This document shows, piece by piece, positions 10,530-24,650 of a stretch of DNA of 64,000 nt (its first letter is position 1; each line of letters starts with the position of its first letter). The notes beneath the pieces are model-generated. The model searched no databases, was not told the DNA's origin, and saw only the letters and a program-made list of their open reading frames with translations. The position numbers and the translations under genes were made by a program. Source of the DNA: the human T2T-CHM13v2.0 reference genome, Homo sapiens; NCBI RefSeq assembly GCF_009914755.1, contig NC_060928.1. One strand, written 5' to 3'.

Positions 10530-11521
10530 TGTAGGGACCAGCCTCACAGGGTCAGCGGGCTTTTCTCCCTGTGTGCAGAGATGAGAGACTGTAGAAATAA
10601 AGACACAAGACAAAGAGATAAAATTGGAGACAGCTGGGCCTGGGGGACCACTACCACCAAGACGTGGAGTCCGGTAGTGGCCCTGAATGCCAGGCTGCAC
10701 TGATATTTATTGGATACAAGACATAGGGGTAGGGTAAGGAGTGTGAGCCATCTCCAATGATAGGTAAGGTCACGTGGGTCACGTGTCCACTGGACAGGGG
10801 GCCCTTCCCTGTTTGGCAGCTGAGGCGGAGAGAGGAGACAGCTTACGCCATTATTTCTGCATATCAGAGACTTTTAGTACTTTCACTGATTTTGCTACTG
10901 CTATCTAAAAGGCAGAGCCAGGTGTACAGGATGGAACATGAAAGCGGACTAGGAGCATGACCACTGAAGCACAGCATCACAGGGAGACAGTTAGGCCTCT
11001 GGATAACTGTGGGTGGGCCTGACGATGTCAGGCCCTCCACAAGAGGTGGAGAAGTAGAGTCTTCTCTAAATTCTCCCAGGGAAAGGGAGACTCCCTTTCC
11101 TGTCTGCTAAGTAGCGGGTGTTTTTCCTTGGCACTGACGCTACCACTAGACCATGGTCTGCTTGGCAACAGGCGTCTTCCCAGATGCTGGCATTACCGCT
11201 AGACCAAGGAGCCCTCTAGTGGCCCTGTCTGGACTTGACAGAGGGCTCACACTCTTGTCTTCTGGTCACTTCTCACCATGTCTCCTCAGCTCCTATCTCT
11301 GTATGGCCTGGCTTTTCCTAGGTTATGATTGTAGAGCGAGGATTATTATAATATTGGAATAAAGCGTAATTGCTACAAACTAATAATTAATGATATTCAT
11401 GTATAATCATGTCTATGATCTAGATGTAGTATAACTCTTGTTGTTTTATGTATTTTATTATACTGGAACAGCTCGTGCCCTCGGTCTCTTGCCTCGGCAC
11501 CTGGGTGGCTTGCCGCCCACA
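10530..11521 (-). mobile_element. 5' LTR (LTR13-type), 992 bp
   Basis: Direct repeat of 5121-6110 with about 50 differences by manual alignment. Followed on the minus strand by the PBS. Confidence 0.95.
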
Positions 11522-11629
11522 GAGAATGGCTTTTGAGTCAGATGTATCTGGGTTTGAAATCTCAGCTCTTCCTCTTTGCTCCTTTGAGCTCGAGACATGG
11601 TATTTTTTTTGCTTATTTGCGTAAATAAT

Positions 11630-12090
11630 TGTTTATTATGATTTCACATAACAGGAAGTCATGAGATGGTTGGTTCTAAGAGCGGCTCAGAAACTTGACC
11701 ATGTTATCGAGGCTTTTCTGATCCTATCACATTAACAATGTCATTCCTCATGGGTATAAGATGGCTGTGGTAACTCCAACCACCACACCTTCACAGGGCA
11801 AAGTCCTTAGTAGAAAGGGAACATATGTATCAGGGAAAAGAGTCCTTCCCAGGAACCTCTAATAGATTTCCCTCTCATCCACCTAGCCAGAAATAGGCCA
11901 CAGGCCGACCCCTAAACCAATCACTGACAAAAGAGAGTAGGATTATCACTATGGACTTAAATCAGTCATAATTCATTCCTGAGGGGCAGAATTCACATTG
12001 TCACTAAAGAGCACATGGTCAAATTGGAATCCTTTTAGGAGGCAAAAAAACGGTAGGATAATATTGGTTTGACAACTGTCAGCCTCTATC
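11630..12090 (-). mobile_element. MLT1 (MaLR) solo LTR, old
   Basis: ttcacataacaggaagtc, aagatggctg and cccctaaaccaatcactg motifs. Confidence 0.6.
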
Positions 12091-12661
12091 ACACCATTGA
12101 TAAATGTCTTGCCTCCCTGTTCAGACTGTCTCTGAAATAGGCAATTTGACAACGGCCCTTGGGGAAGGAGCAGCAGGCTTGTTAGCCCTCAGCTGTTTTT
12201 TGTTTGTTTGTTTTTGTTTTTACATGAGAATTTCTTTACCTTGCATCATCAACATTCTTTTTCTTCCAATGAGTATTTCTATTATAATTTTTTCACCATC
12301 AAAAACTTTAAAAAAGTTTTTGCCTAGCAGTTGAGAACAGTATGATCTCCATCTCTTTGTCCAAATTCTAAGGCTGAGAGAGTAAACTGTTTATTTATAA
12401 ATCAGCACTCTAAGTTAACATCAAATTAAGTCTCCATCAGAGAGGAAAGAAGACAATTTTGCTCCCCTTTAATTAAATATTGTGAACATTTGTTGCTTCC
12501 ACCAACACTGTGTTACCAGTGTTTTACTGGAGGTGACTGTGTCTTACTTTATATTCCAAGAAGCTAACATGTTTTCTCACTCACAGATGTTCAAGAAAGT
12601 TTACATTGAAAATAATCTCTGTACACATAGTTTCACTCAAAGTTACTTGGCAAAGTCATAA

Positions 12662-13107
<446 letters not shown>

Positions 13108-13451
13108 TGAACTGACATTATTTGGCATAGAGTAGGCGTAGAGATTAGTCTGTTTTCATAGCACAAAGGCCCCTATTCTTCCCAAGCTTATTGGTACACA
13201 TCAGTCCCAGCGACCACGGTTGAGGAATATCAGGGATTTAGGGGCCAGCTCATCACATCTTAAACTTCAGCGATGCCCTGTGTCTGAGTCAAAGCAAGGC
13301 GTACGTGCACAGTATCCACTGTAACTTGTTTGGCTGGTTTTCATGGGTTAACCAGTTGACTTTAATGGTCAACACATTTCCCAGTTTGAAAAGTCAAAAT
13401 CAATGTGTAATACTAGAATTCTTATGAAAATGAAGTATGTAAAGATATTTT

Positions 13452-13821
<370 letters not shown>

Positions 13822-13826
13822 TTAGA

Positions 13827-14132
13827 ATATATATATATATATATACACACACACACGTATATATATATATACGTGTATATATATATACATGTATATATAT
13901 ACACATATATATACGTATATATATACACATATACGTGTATATATACATATATATACACGTATATATATACACGTATATATATACACGTATATATATATAC
14001 GTGTATATATACACGTATATATATACGTATATATATACACGTATATATATACACGTATATATATACACGTATATATATATACGTATATATATACACGTAT
14101 ATATATATATACACGTATATATATATATATAT
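13827..14132. repeat. (TA)n-derived compound micro/minisatellite with CACG/TACG interruptions
   Basis: About 305 bp of alternating purine-pyrimidine, unit approximately CACGTATATATATA. Confidence 0.97.
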
Positions 14133-14559
14133 TTTTTTTTTGAAAACGGGAAGCTATGATTACCCTCAGTCTCCATCAGTCACTTGATGTAACACTGCAC
14201 ATTCTCTAGGGACTACCCTGGCAGGGAGAGGGTCTCGGATACATCACAGACTCTTCTGTCTTGAAACATGAACACTGCAGGCCAGTAAGGCGGGGTGTGC
14301 ACCCATCAGCACCTCTGGGCTGTCCTCCTGACCTAATGTTTTCTTGGGGGAAGGCAGTTCTGTGAGGCGGGCTTGTTCTGGCAGGCTCTGGTTAGGCCAG
14401 TCAGTTTGTATCTTTCCAGTCATGCTTAATCTTGGTAGCTCTTGAAATCTTTCCTGACTGGAAGTCCAGAGCATGAACTTTCTTACCTAGGGCCCCATAT
14501 TTCCAAGGAGTGGCCTTGGGCTTGAAGCTGACATTTTGAGAGTCACACTGAGTCAGAGA

Positions 14560-14770
14560 GTTGTGATGAGGAGCTCAGAGTTCGCAGCCACATGTTCCGG
14601 GCTTAATTCCCAGCTTTGCCTCTAGCAAGCTATGTGACCTCGGGGAGTTGCTGCATGTCCCTTTGCCTCATAGCCTCACTTTCTTTGCCATTGCCACAGG
14701 GCTGTAATAAAGATTAAATGAAAATGGTATCTGCCACATAGAAAACACTATGTAAGTAAGACTATCATCA
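14560..14770 (+). mobile_element. MIR SINE
   Basis: cccagctttgcctctagcaagctatgtgacctcggg...aagattaaatga. Confidence 0.7.
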
Positions 14771-15639
14771 CTTGCCTCCATCCCAATTCAGACATGCTGT
14801 ATATCAACTTTAGCAAATCTAGATGACAAGTAACATCAACTAAGAAGATTGCTGGGCTGCACAAGATAGGGGCTGAAAGAGGCAATATTATAGCTACTTG
14901 GTTGTGATCACTATTTTCATCAACATTTTTGTTTTAAATTTTCTTAAGTATCTTATACTTTATTTTCAAATTAAAATGTAAGATTTTGTTCTTTTAAATT
15001 CTTTATATATGTGAGGCAGAAGTGTTACATATGTGAGATAAAAAATGGACTCTTTTCAGAATTTAAAAAAAGAAATCTATCGAGAGGCAAGACTTTTCCA
15101 ATACCAAAGCAAATAGCCAATCAATTTAGTCACAAGACCCCTAGTTTCAGGAGATAGAAATTCTAGGGTTGGTTTTGATTGCTTTCAGTATAATGATCTA
15201 ATTACCTTATTACATAATATATCCACCTAACATCCATATGAGTTTGGGGTGGGCAACGGCATCACCGCCTCTTCTTTTAAGGAGCACTGCCTGGTAGGAT
15301 TATTACCTGTGTAGCTGAAAACAGCGATTGTAGTACTGAGGAATTAACCCTAGTTAGAGATTGGGAAGACTCACAAATAGGGAATATGCAGTCAGGATTA
15401 TTTTTTGACAAGTGAATTATCCAGTTGGCACTACTCAAGTAACACAAGAGTTTCTGATGGTTGGAAATGAGTATAATGTGGATAAAGTGTTGGTGAAACA
15501 CAGGTGCACATCTTGAGCTAAAAGATAACATTTCGGCTGTTTCTCTGGTCATTAAAAAGCTGCTTACACATCACATGTACACAGCTTCTTAGAAGCCACT
15601 TAAACGGAATTATCTCAGCAGGGTAGTGGGTTTGGGTTG

Positions 15640-15900
15640 AGTAGGCAGCAGAGCAAAGTTATTAAAAGTACTGACTCTAGAATGGAAATTCCTGGAATCA
15701 GATCAAGGCACCAACACATTTACCTGGTGTGTGGCCTCAGGCTACTTCCTTGACCTAAGGATCTATTATCTTGTCTGGAAAATTGATATAAAAATAGTAC
15801 CTACATCATTAGGTTGCTGAGAACATCAAATATGAAAATGTACATTAAGTGCTTAGCTCAGAGACTGAACAGTGAGAGCTCACTACATTTTAGCTATTGC
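15640..15900 (+). mobile_element. MIR SINE
   Basis: tgtgtggcctcaggc...aatagtacctacatc...aagtgcttag. Confidence 0.7.
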
Positions 15901-17029
15901 TACTTTTTACTATCGTTTGAAGGCACTTCCCACCGTGACCTTGCATTGGTAAATAACATAATGATTAAAAGAAGTCTGCTCCTGATTGGCACCAAGCTCT
16001 CCTTTATTCAGGGAACTCTAATTTGTATTTCCATTAAATGCTTTGAATACTGGTGAGACTAGAAAGTCCTGGAACTGGATACCCACCCTCTTTCTGTCAG
16101 AACCTGTGAGTCAGGTTCAGGGTAGCTGTCACCTTCCTATATTGTTTCCACTTAATGACACCACTCTTTCCCCACCATTTTCTTTGAAAGGCCAAGGAGC
16201 TATTGGGAAAACTCTCAAGACTTGAGAGCAGGCTCCTGAAAGGAGTCAGTAACTTGCCTGAGTCCATGTAGAACTGAATTTCTGCACAGCTGCTTGGACT
16301 GCCTTAATAATAGCCAAATTTAATGAGCATTTTACTGTGTGCTGGAACCTTACCTGCATTATCTTGCTTAACCCTCATAACAGCCTTTTGGAATAGGACT
16401 TTCATTACTTATATTCATTGGAAGAAGCTAAAGAAAGGTTTATAATTTGTGCAAATAAAGTAAAGAGAGGTGAATAAGTCCAAATCAGCACAACTCATAA
16501 GCACCACTGTGTGCTCTGAACACTCTGTGATGTGAGATGCAAGAACTTTGTGCCTGATAATTGTTGTCCCTCTGAGTCCTGTAGGATGCCTATATTTTTG
16601 AAAGCAAAAGGAGTAATGCCTGCTAAACTTTGCCTTTTTCTTCTTTACAGACTCACTAGCTGAGTTTTTCACATTGCCTGCCAGTAGACACTTTGGCTGA
16701 CCTCAAAGGGCAGCCAGCTGGACACAGATTTTCAGGAAGGCACAGAGCAGTTCTGATCCTTGCCTAGCACTTCCCTTGAGCTTTTATAAATGGAACTTGA
16801 TATGCCTATCCTGGAGGACTTTGCAACCAGGTAAAACTAAAGACCACACATACAAATCTGCCATACGTGTTTAGAGACTCCTGACAGAGTTTCTATTTCA
16901 TGACTCACTTGGGAAATATGGAGCACCTTTGTAATATGCTGGGTCTGGAGCCAGAAAGGATGTGAAGGGAATCTGAGACACTGTCCTCTGACAGGTGTTT
17001 CTGCTACTATGTGTTTGCTAACGTATTGG

Positions 17030-17241
17030 TGGTAGTCACGCGGAAAAGTGTGCCATGCTCCAGTAAGTTTGTGAAAGTCTGTGTAATATTAAGTTAAACA
17101 AGTTTCTTCAGAGCCTTTATTTGCTGTTGTTCATAGTGAATTGCTAAGTATTAAGGGAGCTCAAATGACTCTAAAATCATTTTTTTATTGGAGCATCTTG
17201 TGGGACTACTTTCCTTTAGAATACATTTTCACAAACCCTGG
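17030..17241. mobile_element. MER103C-like hAT fossil
   Basis: aagttaaacaagtttcttcagagccttta...ggagcatcttgtgggacta. Confidence 0.6.
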
Positions 17242-18314
17242 TAAAAATGCTTTAGCACGTAGGCTCAGGGATAAAGCCAGGCTCTGCCATTTAGGTGCTG
17301 TGTGACTTTGGGAAAGTGATTTCAACACTCTGTCCTACCTCTCTTTCATCATCAGTAAAATTAATGTCATAATGACATCTATCTTCTAAGGCCTTGCAAA
17401 TATGCTCATGGTCAGCATCCAACAGATGTTAACTGTTATCTTTAAAAAATGGTACTTCAGTTTTAAATTTTGAGGTTAGTTTCTTCACCCCCATAGAATT
17501 TAATCTCCTCTCGTATTGTCATCTGCTGATATAGGAGGAAAAGAAGCCCTTAAAACAAAAAAAAAAATCAAATCATTGTTTCTGTGGTAGGTCATGTCCA
17601 TCCTGCTATTGACCTAAAAATGTAAGCATTAAGATCAGTAAGAATTTTCTTAAACGAGAAGAGAGGTCCATGTGGTTCTTCTCCCAGCCTACATACAGTT
17701 CGTGTTATAGGTCTGTAATTCTGAGTTCTCAGGACCTGGGAATTTCTCACCAGGGGCTCAAATTTTCTTCCATGAGAAGGCTGTCTAGCAGGGCTGCCTA
17801 GGTAGGCAGAGACTGAAGCCCTCCTCAGTTGCTCCTTCTTCTGAGAACTCTGCAAGCCAAGGTCTAGACACTGCAGTTCCAGACATCAAATTGGCACTTT
17901 GTTTTAGAAAAAAGAGCACAGATTGTTTTAGAAAAAAGAGGACAAATCAAGGGATGTCAAGCTGTTGGTAAAAATATTAAAAACTGTGGCAAATGAAATG
18001 AGGAGGTAGCCATGGGACTATAGGTAGATAAATACCACTTATTCCTTCAAAATCATCTTTAGTGCTTAAAACTCATCTTCCTTCCACCATGGCCTAAGCA
18101 AAATCCCCCATGTTACAACCAGTATTACAGCAGCAATAACGGCAACCACGGAAGTGAAGGTGAGGTGGTGGTATTGTATAAGAAAGGGAATATATCATTC
18201 ACACAGGAGAGCCCAGCAATTCCTGTTTCCCAATCCACGGGGAAAGGAGAAGGGGTAGGAAGTCTCCAAAACTCTCATCCCTGGAGATATCGATTTAGAT
18301 AGCATCTATGGAAT

Positions 18315-19005
18315 TGTTAAATCAAGATGAGACTGAAGCTGCCTCCTTACATAGTTAAGTTCGGCCTAAAGATTTTTCTGTACATTGTGAACTATAACAA
18401 GCGGAGTTGTAAACCAACCGTAGCCCACAACTATGCCAATCACTGGGTTTTGGCTAATCAAATGCACCCAACTACTCAAATCCTGGTCAAATAAGGCAAC
18501 TGGAGAACTTTATCCAATCCACTTGTTTCTCTACTTCACCTCCTTTTTCTGTACCTCACTTTCCTTTTGCTGTCCATAAATCTCCCACCATGTGCCTGTG
18601 CTGGAGTCTCTCTGAATCTGCTGTGATTCTGGGGGCTGCCCAATTCGTGAATCGTTCATTGCTCAATTAAACTCCTTGAAATTTGATTAGGCACCCGGGG
18701 GCAGTGGCTCACACCTATAATCCCAGCACTTTGGGAGGCCAAGGTGGGTGGACCACCTGTGGTCAGGAGTTCGAGACCAGCCTGATCAACCTGGTGAAAC
18801 CCTCTCTCTACTAAAAATACAAAAATTAGACAGGTGTGGTGGTGGGCGCCTGTAGTCTCAGCTCCTCGGGAGGCTGAGGCAGAAGAATCGCTTGAACCCA
18901 GGAGGCGGAGGTTGCAGTGAGCCAAGATGGCACCACCGCATTCCCTCCTGGGAAACAGAGCGAGACTGCCGAAAAAAAAAATTGGTTGAAGTTTTTCTTT
19001 TAATA
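18315..19005 (+). mobile_element. MER57 solo LTR (ERV1), interrupted near its 3' end by an Alu
   Basis: tgttaa...gctgcctccttacata...gttcattgctcaattaaactcc, resuming after the Alu as ggttgaagtttttcttttaata. Confidence 0.85.
18690..18981 (+). mobile_element. AluS inserted in MER57
   Basis: Full Alu dimer with a short A tail. Confidence 0.93.
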
Positions 19006-20529
19006 GGATTTAGGCAGCATACATGATGCCAGCCTGCAACTATACCAGCCATAAGTGGAGTTGATTACATAGAGTATTCGGGGGGTGGGGGAGTGGGGAT
19101 GAAAAAGAGTGGGAAGACAGCAGGAATATATTGAAAGTGAAAAGTTGACAAAATTAGTAGAACTTCAGGATTGGTTAGTTATTGAAGGTCAGAGGGAGTA
19201 GTGAAGAATAATTCTGTTTCATGGACTCTGTTGGTTGGATTCTAATGTCATCAAAGGAGAAAGAGTAAGTTCGGAGAGGAAATAATGAGGTCAGATTAAA
19301 ACTGCACTTTGGCTGTTGGCTATTCATTCCTATTGATCATACAATGTTAAGTTTATTAAAGCACTATCCATTTTTAGTGATATCTCAAAATGCTAAATTC
19401 AGGCAAGGAGTTTATAGCATTTCAGGACCTGGGCTAAGTGATTTTAAGGCAGGTTCTGCAAGGAGGGTAGTAGAGATGAGTGAGGACAGTGAAGCAAAAG
19501 TCTTGAAGCAAGTCTGGATGAGAAATTATTTAGTCTTCATAAATAAGCTGTCTGGCTCACAGCCTTAAATTTCAGGAAAGGGTATTTCCTGGATGAAGCA
19601 GATAAATTATTTTGCTTGGCCCAGTATTATTTAATATATACACGCAAAGAGTATATGCAGCCCCATGACCCCCTGTAGTTTAATGCAGGGACTAAGGAAT
19701 TATCAAGATGTGAATGGAACATTCAGGCAGATGAGTTCACCAGGCTATCTAGAAACTAGGCGTGGAAATGGAAATAATGATTTCAAGTCGCCTGAACAGA
19801 ACATACTTTCTGACTCAAGCAGGAACTCAATAAAATACCTTGCAAATCTCCTCTGAGGGGGTATTCTATCAAGGATCATTCAGGAGACTAAAACTTGGGA
19901 ATGCTCCCAGAATGTTAGTCACTTGCATCCAAACCCAAGAGGGAAGGATCAAGTCAACATGATCTTCTTCCTCTTCTCGTTTTATTCTCTTTGGGATCTC
20001 TCAAGCTAAGAAATTACACTGCACATTTCTTGTGACCTCCAGCAGAGCTTGAGGAAGAGAAGAATATCTAAATAACTGTTAGATTTATTCATATTTTGAA
20101 AGTTTTATCAAGCTTCCTGAACTTGACCAGTTAAGCTAGACTGACAAAACCAAGGTTGGAATTTTTTATAAAGGAGGGATGGAGAGATGCAGGTCATTAT
20201 ATATATCAGCTACCTCCTCATCGAGCCTCTATCCCTAAACTTTAGCCACTGCTTCACTATCAGAACAATTAAAGATTTAAAACACACCTTATAAATGTTC
20301 CTTCTAGGAAAATTACAGGTTTATAGTCATCTCCAGAAAATAAGGAACAAATATGCTTTTACATTGTCCATGATCTGTAATTGTTTTTTGAGATGAAGCC
20401 ATTTTCAAGCCTTTGGAAGGGATAGCAGAGGAAAAACCAGGTGGCAGAAATGACCTTGACTATTTTTCCACCTGCCCAGTGTTTTAGCTTGTTTTAAAGG
20501 ATGATCAAATGTATTGGATGTATTTAATT

Positions 20530-20930
20530 AATGCATTCAACAAATTAGACAGGTGTGTGTTTTTTAGACACCTACTATATGCCAGCAGTATTATAGGATC
20601 TGGGATACAACAATGGACAAATAAATGTCTCCGCTCTTCTAGAGCTTGCATTCTAGTCACAGACACAAGCAAAAAATAAAAACAAATGAATATATTTGGA
20701 TAAGTATATATGTTGGGAGTTACCAGGGCTGTGAAAAAAATATAGCTGAGGAAGAAATACACATTCATAGGAGAATGCTTATCTTAAAAGGAGGGAGGTA
20801 GGCCTCTCATTCAATATTTGAGCTCAGACTTGAAGGAAGTGAGAGAGAGAGCATGCATATATATATCTGGGTGAAAAACATTCCAAGCAAAGGGAACAGC
20901 AAATGTGCAAATGCTCTGCAGCAACTCTCT
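20530..20930 (-). mobile_element. L2 3' end
   Basis: cattcaacaaat...cacctactatatgccag...ctagagcttgcattctagt. Confidence 0.75.
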
Positions 20931-21062
20931 GTGTATTAATGGCATGTTAATAGAAGGAAATGGGCTCTCATTTCCACTTAAGTAGTAATATCTGGTGGCA
21001 GTGCTGTGGGACTAGCCAGGGTTGGTATAGAATACACCAAAGAGGGTATTGGTAGAAACCTA

Positions 21063-21607
21063 GGTGGAAACTAAGTGTCCATCAATGGATGAATGAATAC
21101 AGAAAATGTGGTATATATACACAACGGAATACTATTCAGCCATAAAGAAGAATGAAATCCAGCCTTGGTGACTACATGGATGAACTGTTAAGTGAAATAA
21201 GCCAGGCACGGAAAGACAAATACTGCATCATCTCACTTATATGTGGAATCTTGAAAATTTGATCACATAGATGCAGAGTGGAGTGGTGGTTACCAGAGCC
21301 TGGGGGTGGTGGGGGTAGGGGGAGATGTTGGCCAAAGGATACATACTTACAGCAGGATAGAAAAAATAAATTTCAAGGGATCTACTATAAAGCAAGGTGA
21401 CTATGGTCAATGATTATATATTATGTTCTTGAAAAATCTAGAGTATATGTTATATGCCCTTACCACAAAAATAACTACGTGAAGTAATGCACATGTTAAT
21501 TAGCTAGATTTGACAATTCCACAACGTATATGAACTACAAAACATCATGTTGTGCACTATAAATGCATACAGTATTATCTGTCAATTAAAAAATAAAAGA
21601 AAAAAAG
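21063..21607 (+). mobile_element. L1MA-type 3' end
   Basis: aagtgtccatcaatggatgaatg...gaatactattcagccataaa, ending in an A-rich tail. Confidence 0.85.
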
Positions 21608-23819
21608 GGTTTTGAATTTACGTAAGTATGCAAATCCAAGCATACTCATTTGAGACCATGATGTACACTGCAAAAGTCTTTTTTCTTCCACTGACCTACT
21701 TACCAAAAGATCTCTGTGCTGTCCCAGATTTCAGACTTTCAGGCTTAAACATGTTGTCTGGGTTCTGACCATTTCAAAACTGCTTTATCACTGGCTTCAG
21801 TCTCCTTATAGACACATATTCTCTACATGTTTTTTCTTTCAGTTAATCTAACCTTGGTGCAAAGATTTTCTCTCTGTATATGAACTAACTCTGCTGCCCC
21901 AAGGTTTCCTCCATATATAAGAATATAAAGTGCATTTGATGAAAGTAAAGGTTTTGAATCAAAGGGTATAATTTAGAAAATTTAGGGCATTCAAAACTGT
22001 CCCCCTCTCCTGCCTTCTGAAAGAGCTCAATGTGTGTTACTAAAGAATGAGGGAAACTGTTTCTAACTGTAGAAATAAATCCACTATGTATAATAAATCC
22101 ACAATATTGAGAAACAACTCTGCATGCTGTTGTCTAAGGTCAAGCTAAAGCTTCCCAGGAATTGGAATCTCAATAAATATTGGTTACATTGAACAGAACT
22201 TTGGCAGATTTTCTACTCTTTGTGTTGCATTTTTGGCAAATAATATTTTTTAATAAGTACCTCCAGTAAATAACAGCAACATTTGGGACAATTTTGTAAA
22301 TGAGATACTTATTAAAAATATATAATGTCTTTGTTATTCTCTTAGTAACTCAGTGTAGATATAATCTTAATTTACCACCTAGGAAAGCTCTACTGCAATG
22401 ACTCATTCCTTTTTAGAGCTTAATGGAACCCAAAAGATTCCTATGCTTATTTTGCATCCAGAGATATGAGCTCCAGAGAAGTTATATAGGGTTAGAAAAC
22501 AAGTTCCTGATTCTCAGGCTGGGTTTTTTTTTCATTACAACATTCTGCCCTTCATGGATTCCCGTGATTGCTTCATAGTCCAGAAGCATCTTACCTTTTC
22601 TTGAGCAGAAAATAGAGAGAGAAAACATACAGCAGTAAATCTGAAATTCTGGAGAGAACAAATTTCTTTTTACTAAACCTTTGGATCATAATTTGGCCCA
22701 AGGCTGAGGCTAGATATAAGATGATATCCTGGTGTTACAAACAAATAGTTATTTCAGACAAACAAAAGATGCCTGCTTTTCTTTCTTACTATATTGACTA
22801 CCTGGGTTGTTCTTTGACCGAACTTGTTTTGTCATCAGATAGAACTTGACGAGCTTTTCTAACTTATGATCAATCTGAGTGGAGCTCTTCAACAACTGGC
22901 TCAGAGTTCTGTGGAATGACAGAATAATAGCTCAGTTCATATTTTAAGCATAGTAAATAATTTCTTTCTTACTAGTCACATAAAATGACTGTTCATTATT
23001 CTTTTATTTGCATTGGGTAATAAGGTAACAAAGCTGCTATTCATGTCGGCAATCGTTTTTCTACAGACAAAAGAACACATCTTAGGTAAATAGAAACCTC
23101 TCTGCTCCAAAAACAAATGCAAAGATTTTGATTCATAGCTTTGACTGAAGTCTTATAAAGGGTAACTTTTAATATATATGACTCATAAATAACAAATATA
23201 CATTAAAAAATGAGACAGAGAAATTCCCCAATCCTAAGGTGGGCCTTGGTAATGTATAGTACTATTTTATATGCAAAGTTCAATGAATGATTACTTAAAT
23301 CTCCCCCTCTCCTTCTCCACTGGTCTCTTTTTCAAAAAAAGAAGTTTTGATTCCTCAGATGGAAATAGACTCACAGCAATCAGGGGAAGTTGGGCAGTGT
23401 GGCAGTAGTTACAGAGTAAGCAATATTTTGATTTCATTTTTTTCTTGCTCAAGTATAAAATGTTAATACTCCTTGCAAAAAACCCCACAGTTATTACTTA
23501 ACCCAAATCTACTATGGAAAATAATACTCATAATAAAAAGAAAACAAAAGCGTTTGCATAATAGTCATGATAAGAAAAATTAATAGGTGTCTCCATTGAA
23601 CTCTGCCTGCACATGACTTGCATAGATCTCATTCAAGAATAACACTCAGCTCTTTACTTTTTATTTCATATTAAACATTTGAATCTAGAACTGTTCTATT
23701 TGTCTTGAGATTATTATTTCTTGATTTCTTTTATTTTCTTCTCATTTTCTCCAAGCTTAGTCATCTTGATGAAAGTCAAGAGAGGAAAAAATTGACAAAA
23801 TGAATTGTCACCACATTCT

Positions 23820-24650
23820 TTTAAAGAGTCTGCTACATGCCAGACTATTCTAGGGACCAGGAAAACCAGTGATCCTCACTCACTTTGAGTTTACATGGCA
23901 TGGGCAGGCAACAGACAATAAATAAATGGACACAGTAATTATTTCATATAATAGGGGTTCATTTGGTTTGGGAATTCTGAAAACACCTCAGCTGGTGATG
24001 GTAGTTAACTGTAACTTGAAACCATGCATAACTCTGGGGCCAGAGCATTCCAGGCAGAGCACAAGACTCTCCATCAGAAGGGAGATTAGCATGCTTGAGG
24101 ATGAGAAAGAAGGCCTGAGCAGCTGGAGCAGAGTCAGTGCCACATGATAGGCAGGGATAGGCCAGAGTTTGAGAACCCTGAGGGGCCATGGCAAAGGGTC
24201 TGTACTTTATTCTAGCTACAGTAAGAAGTTGTTGGAGAATTGAAGCAGGACAACAAAGTGATTTTATTTATTTATTTATTTATTATTTTTTAATTTAAAG
24301 ATCACCCTTGCTGTTGTGTAGAATAGAAGCAAGGAAACTGTTGTAATAATCCAAGTAAGAAAGGATGATGTTTAGAATAAGGTAGTTGCAGTGAAGACAG
24401 AGAAAAGCAGACAGGTTTTAGATGCATTTTGAATATAAATATACGAGGACTTGATCTATTAAGTGGCATTGTGGCAAGGATAGGGAGAAACTGAGGATAA
24501 GTTATTGGTGTTTGACTTGAGCAACTAGGTGAATAATGGTCTCATGTACCCAACTGAGGAAGCCTTGGGTGTGAGCTGGTTTGCAGAGGGAAAGAGCTCT
24601 GTGTTGGCCATAAGATCCTGGGGAGACCCCAAGACTTCTAAGTGGAGCAT
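23820..24650 (-). mobile_element. L2 fragment
   Basis: agcattccaggcagag...ggccatggcaaagg...aataatccaagtaaga L2 motifs. Confidence 0.7.

Larger units (their letters stand above)
5121..11521 (-). mobile_element. Endogenous retrovirus, HERV-K(HML-4)/HERVK13-like provirus, internally deleted (LTR-gag'-'pol-env-LTR)
   Basis: Two ~990-bp direct repeats bounded by TG...CA, with a 6-bp TSD GAGAAT at 5115-5120 and 11522-11527. PBS and PPT abut the LTRs. Betaretroviral Gag, RT/RNaseH/IN and Env motifs lie on the minus strand. The LTR start TGTGGGCGGCAAGCCACCCAGGTGCCGAGGCAAGAGAC matches the recalled LTR13 consensus. Confidence 0.93.

Noticed and set aside
17899-17945. 24-bp-period tandem duplication (ttgttttagaaaaaagag twice); similar 18-bp duplication at 56642-56675
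   Set aside because: Ordinary slippage duplications with two copies and no spacers, not a CRISPR-like array.
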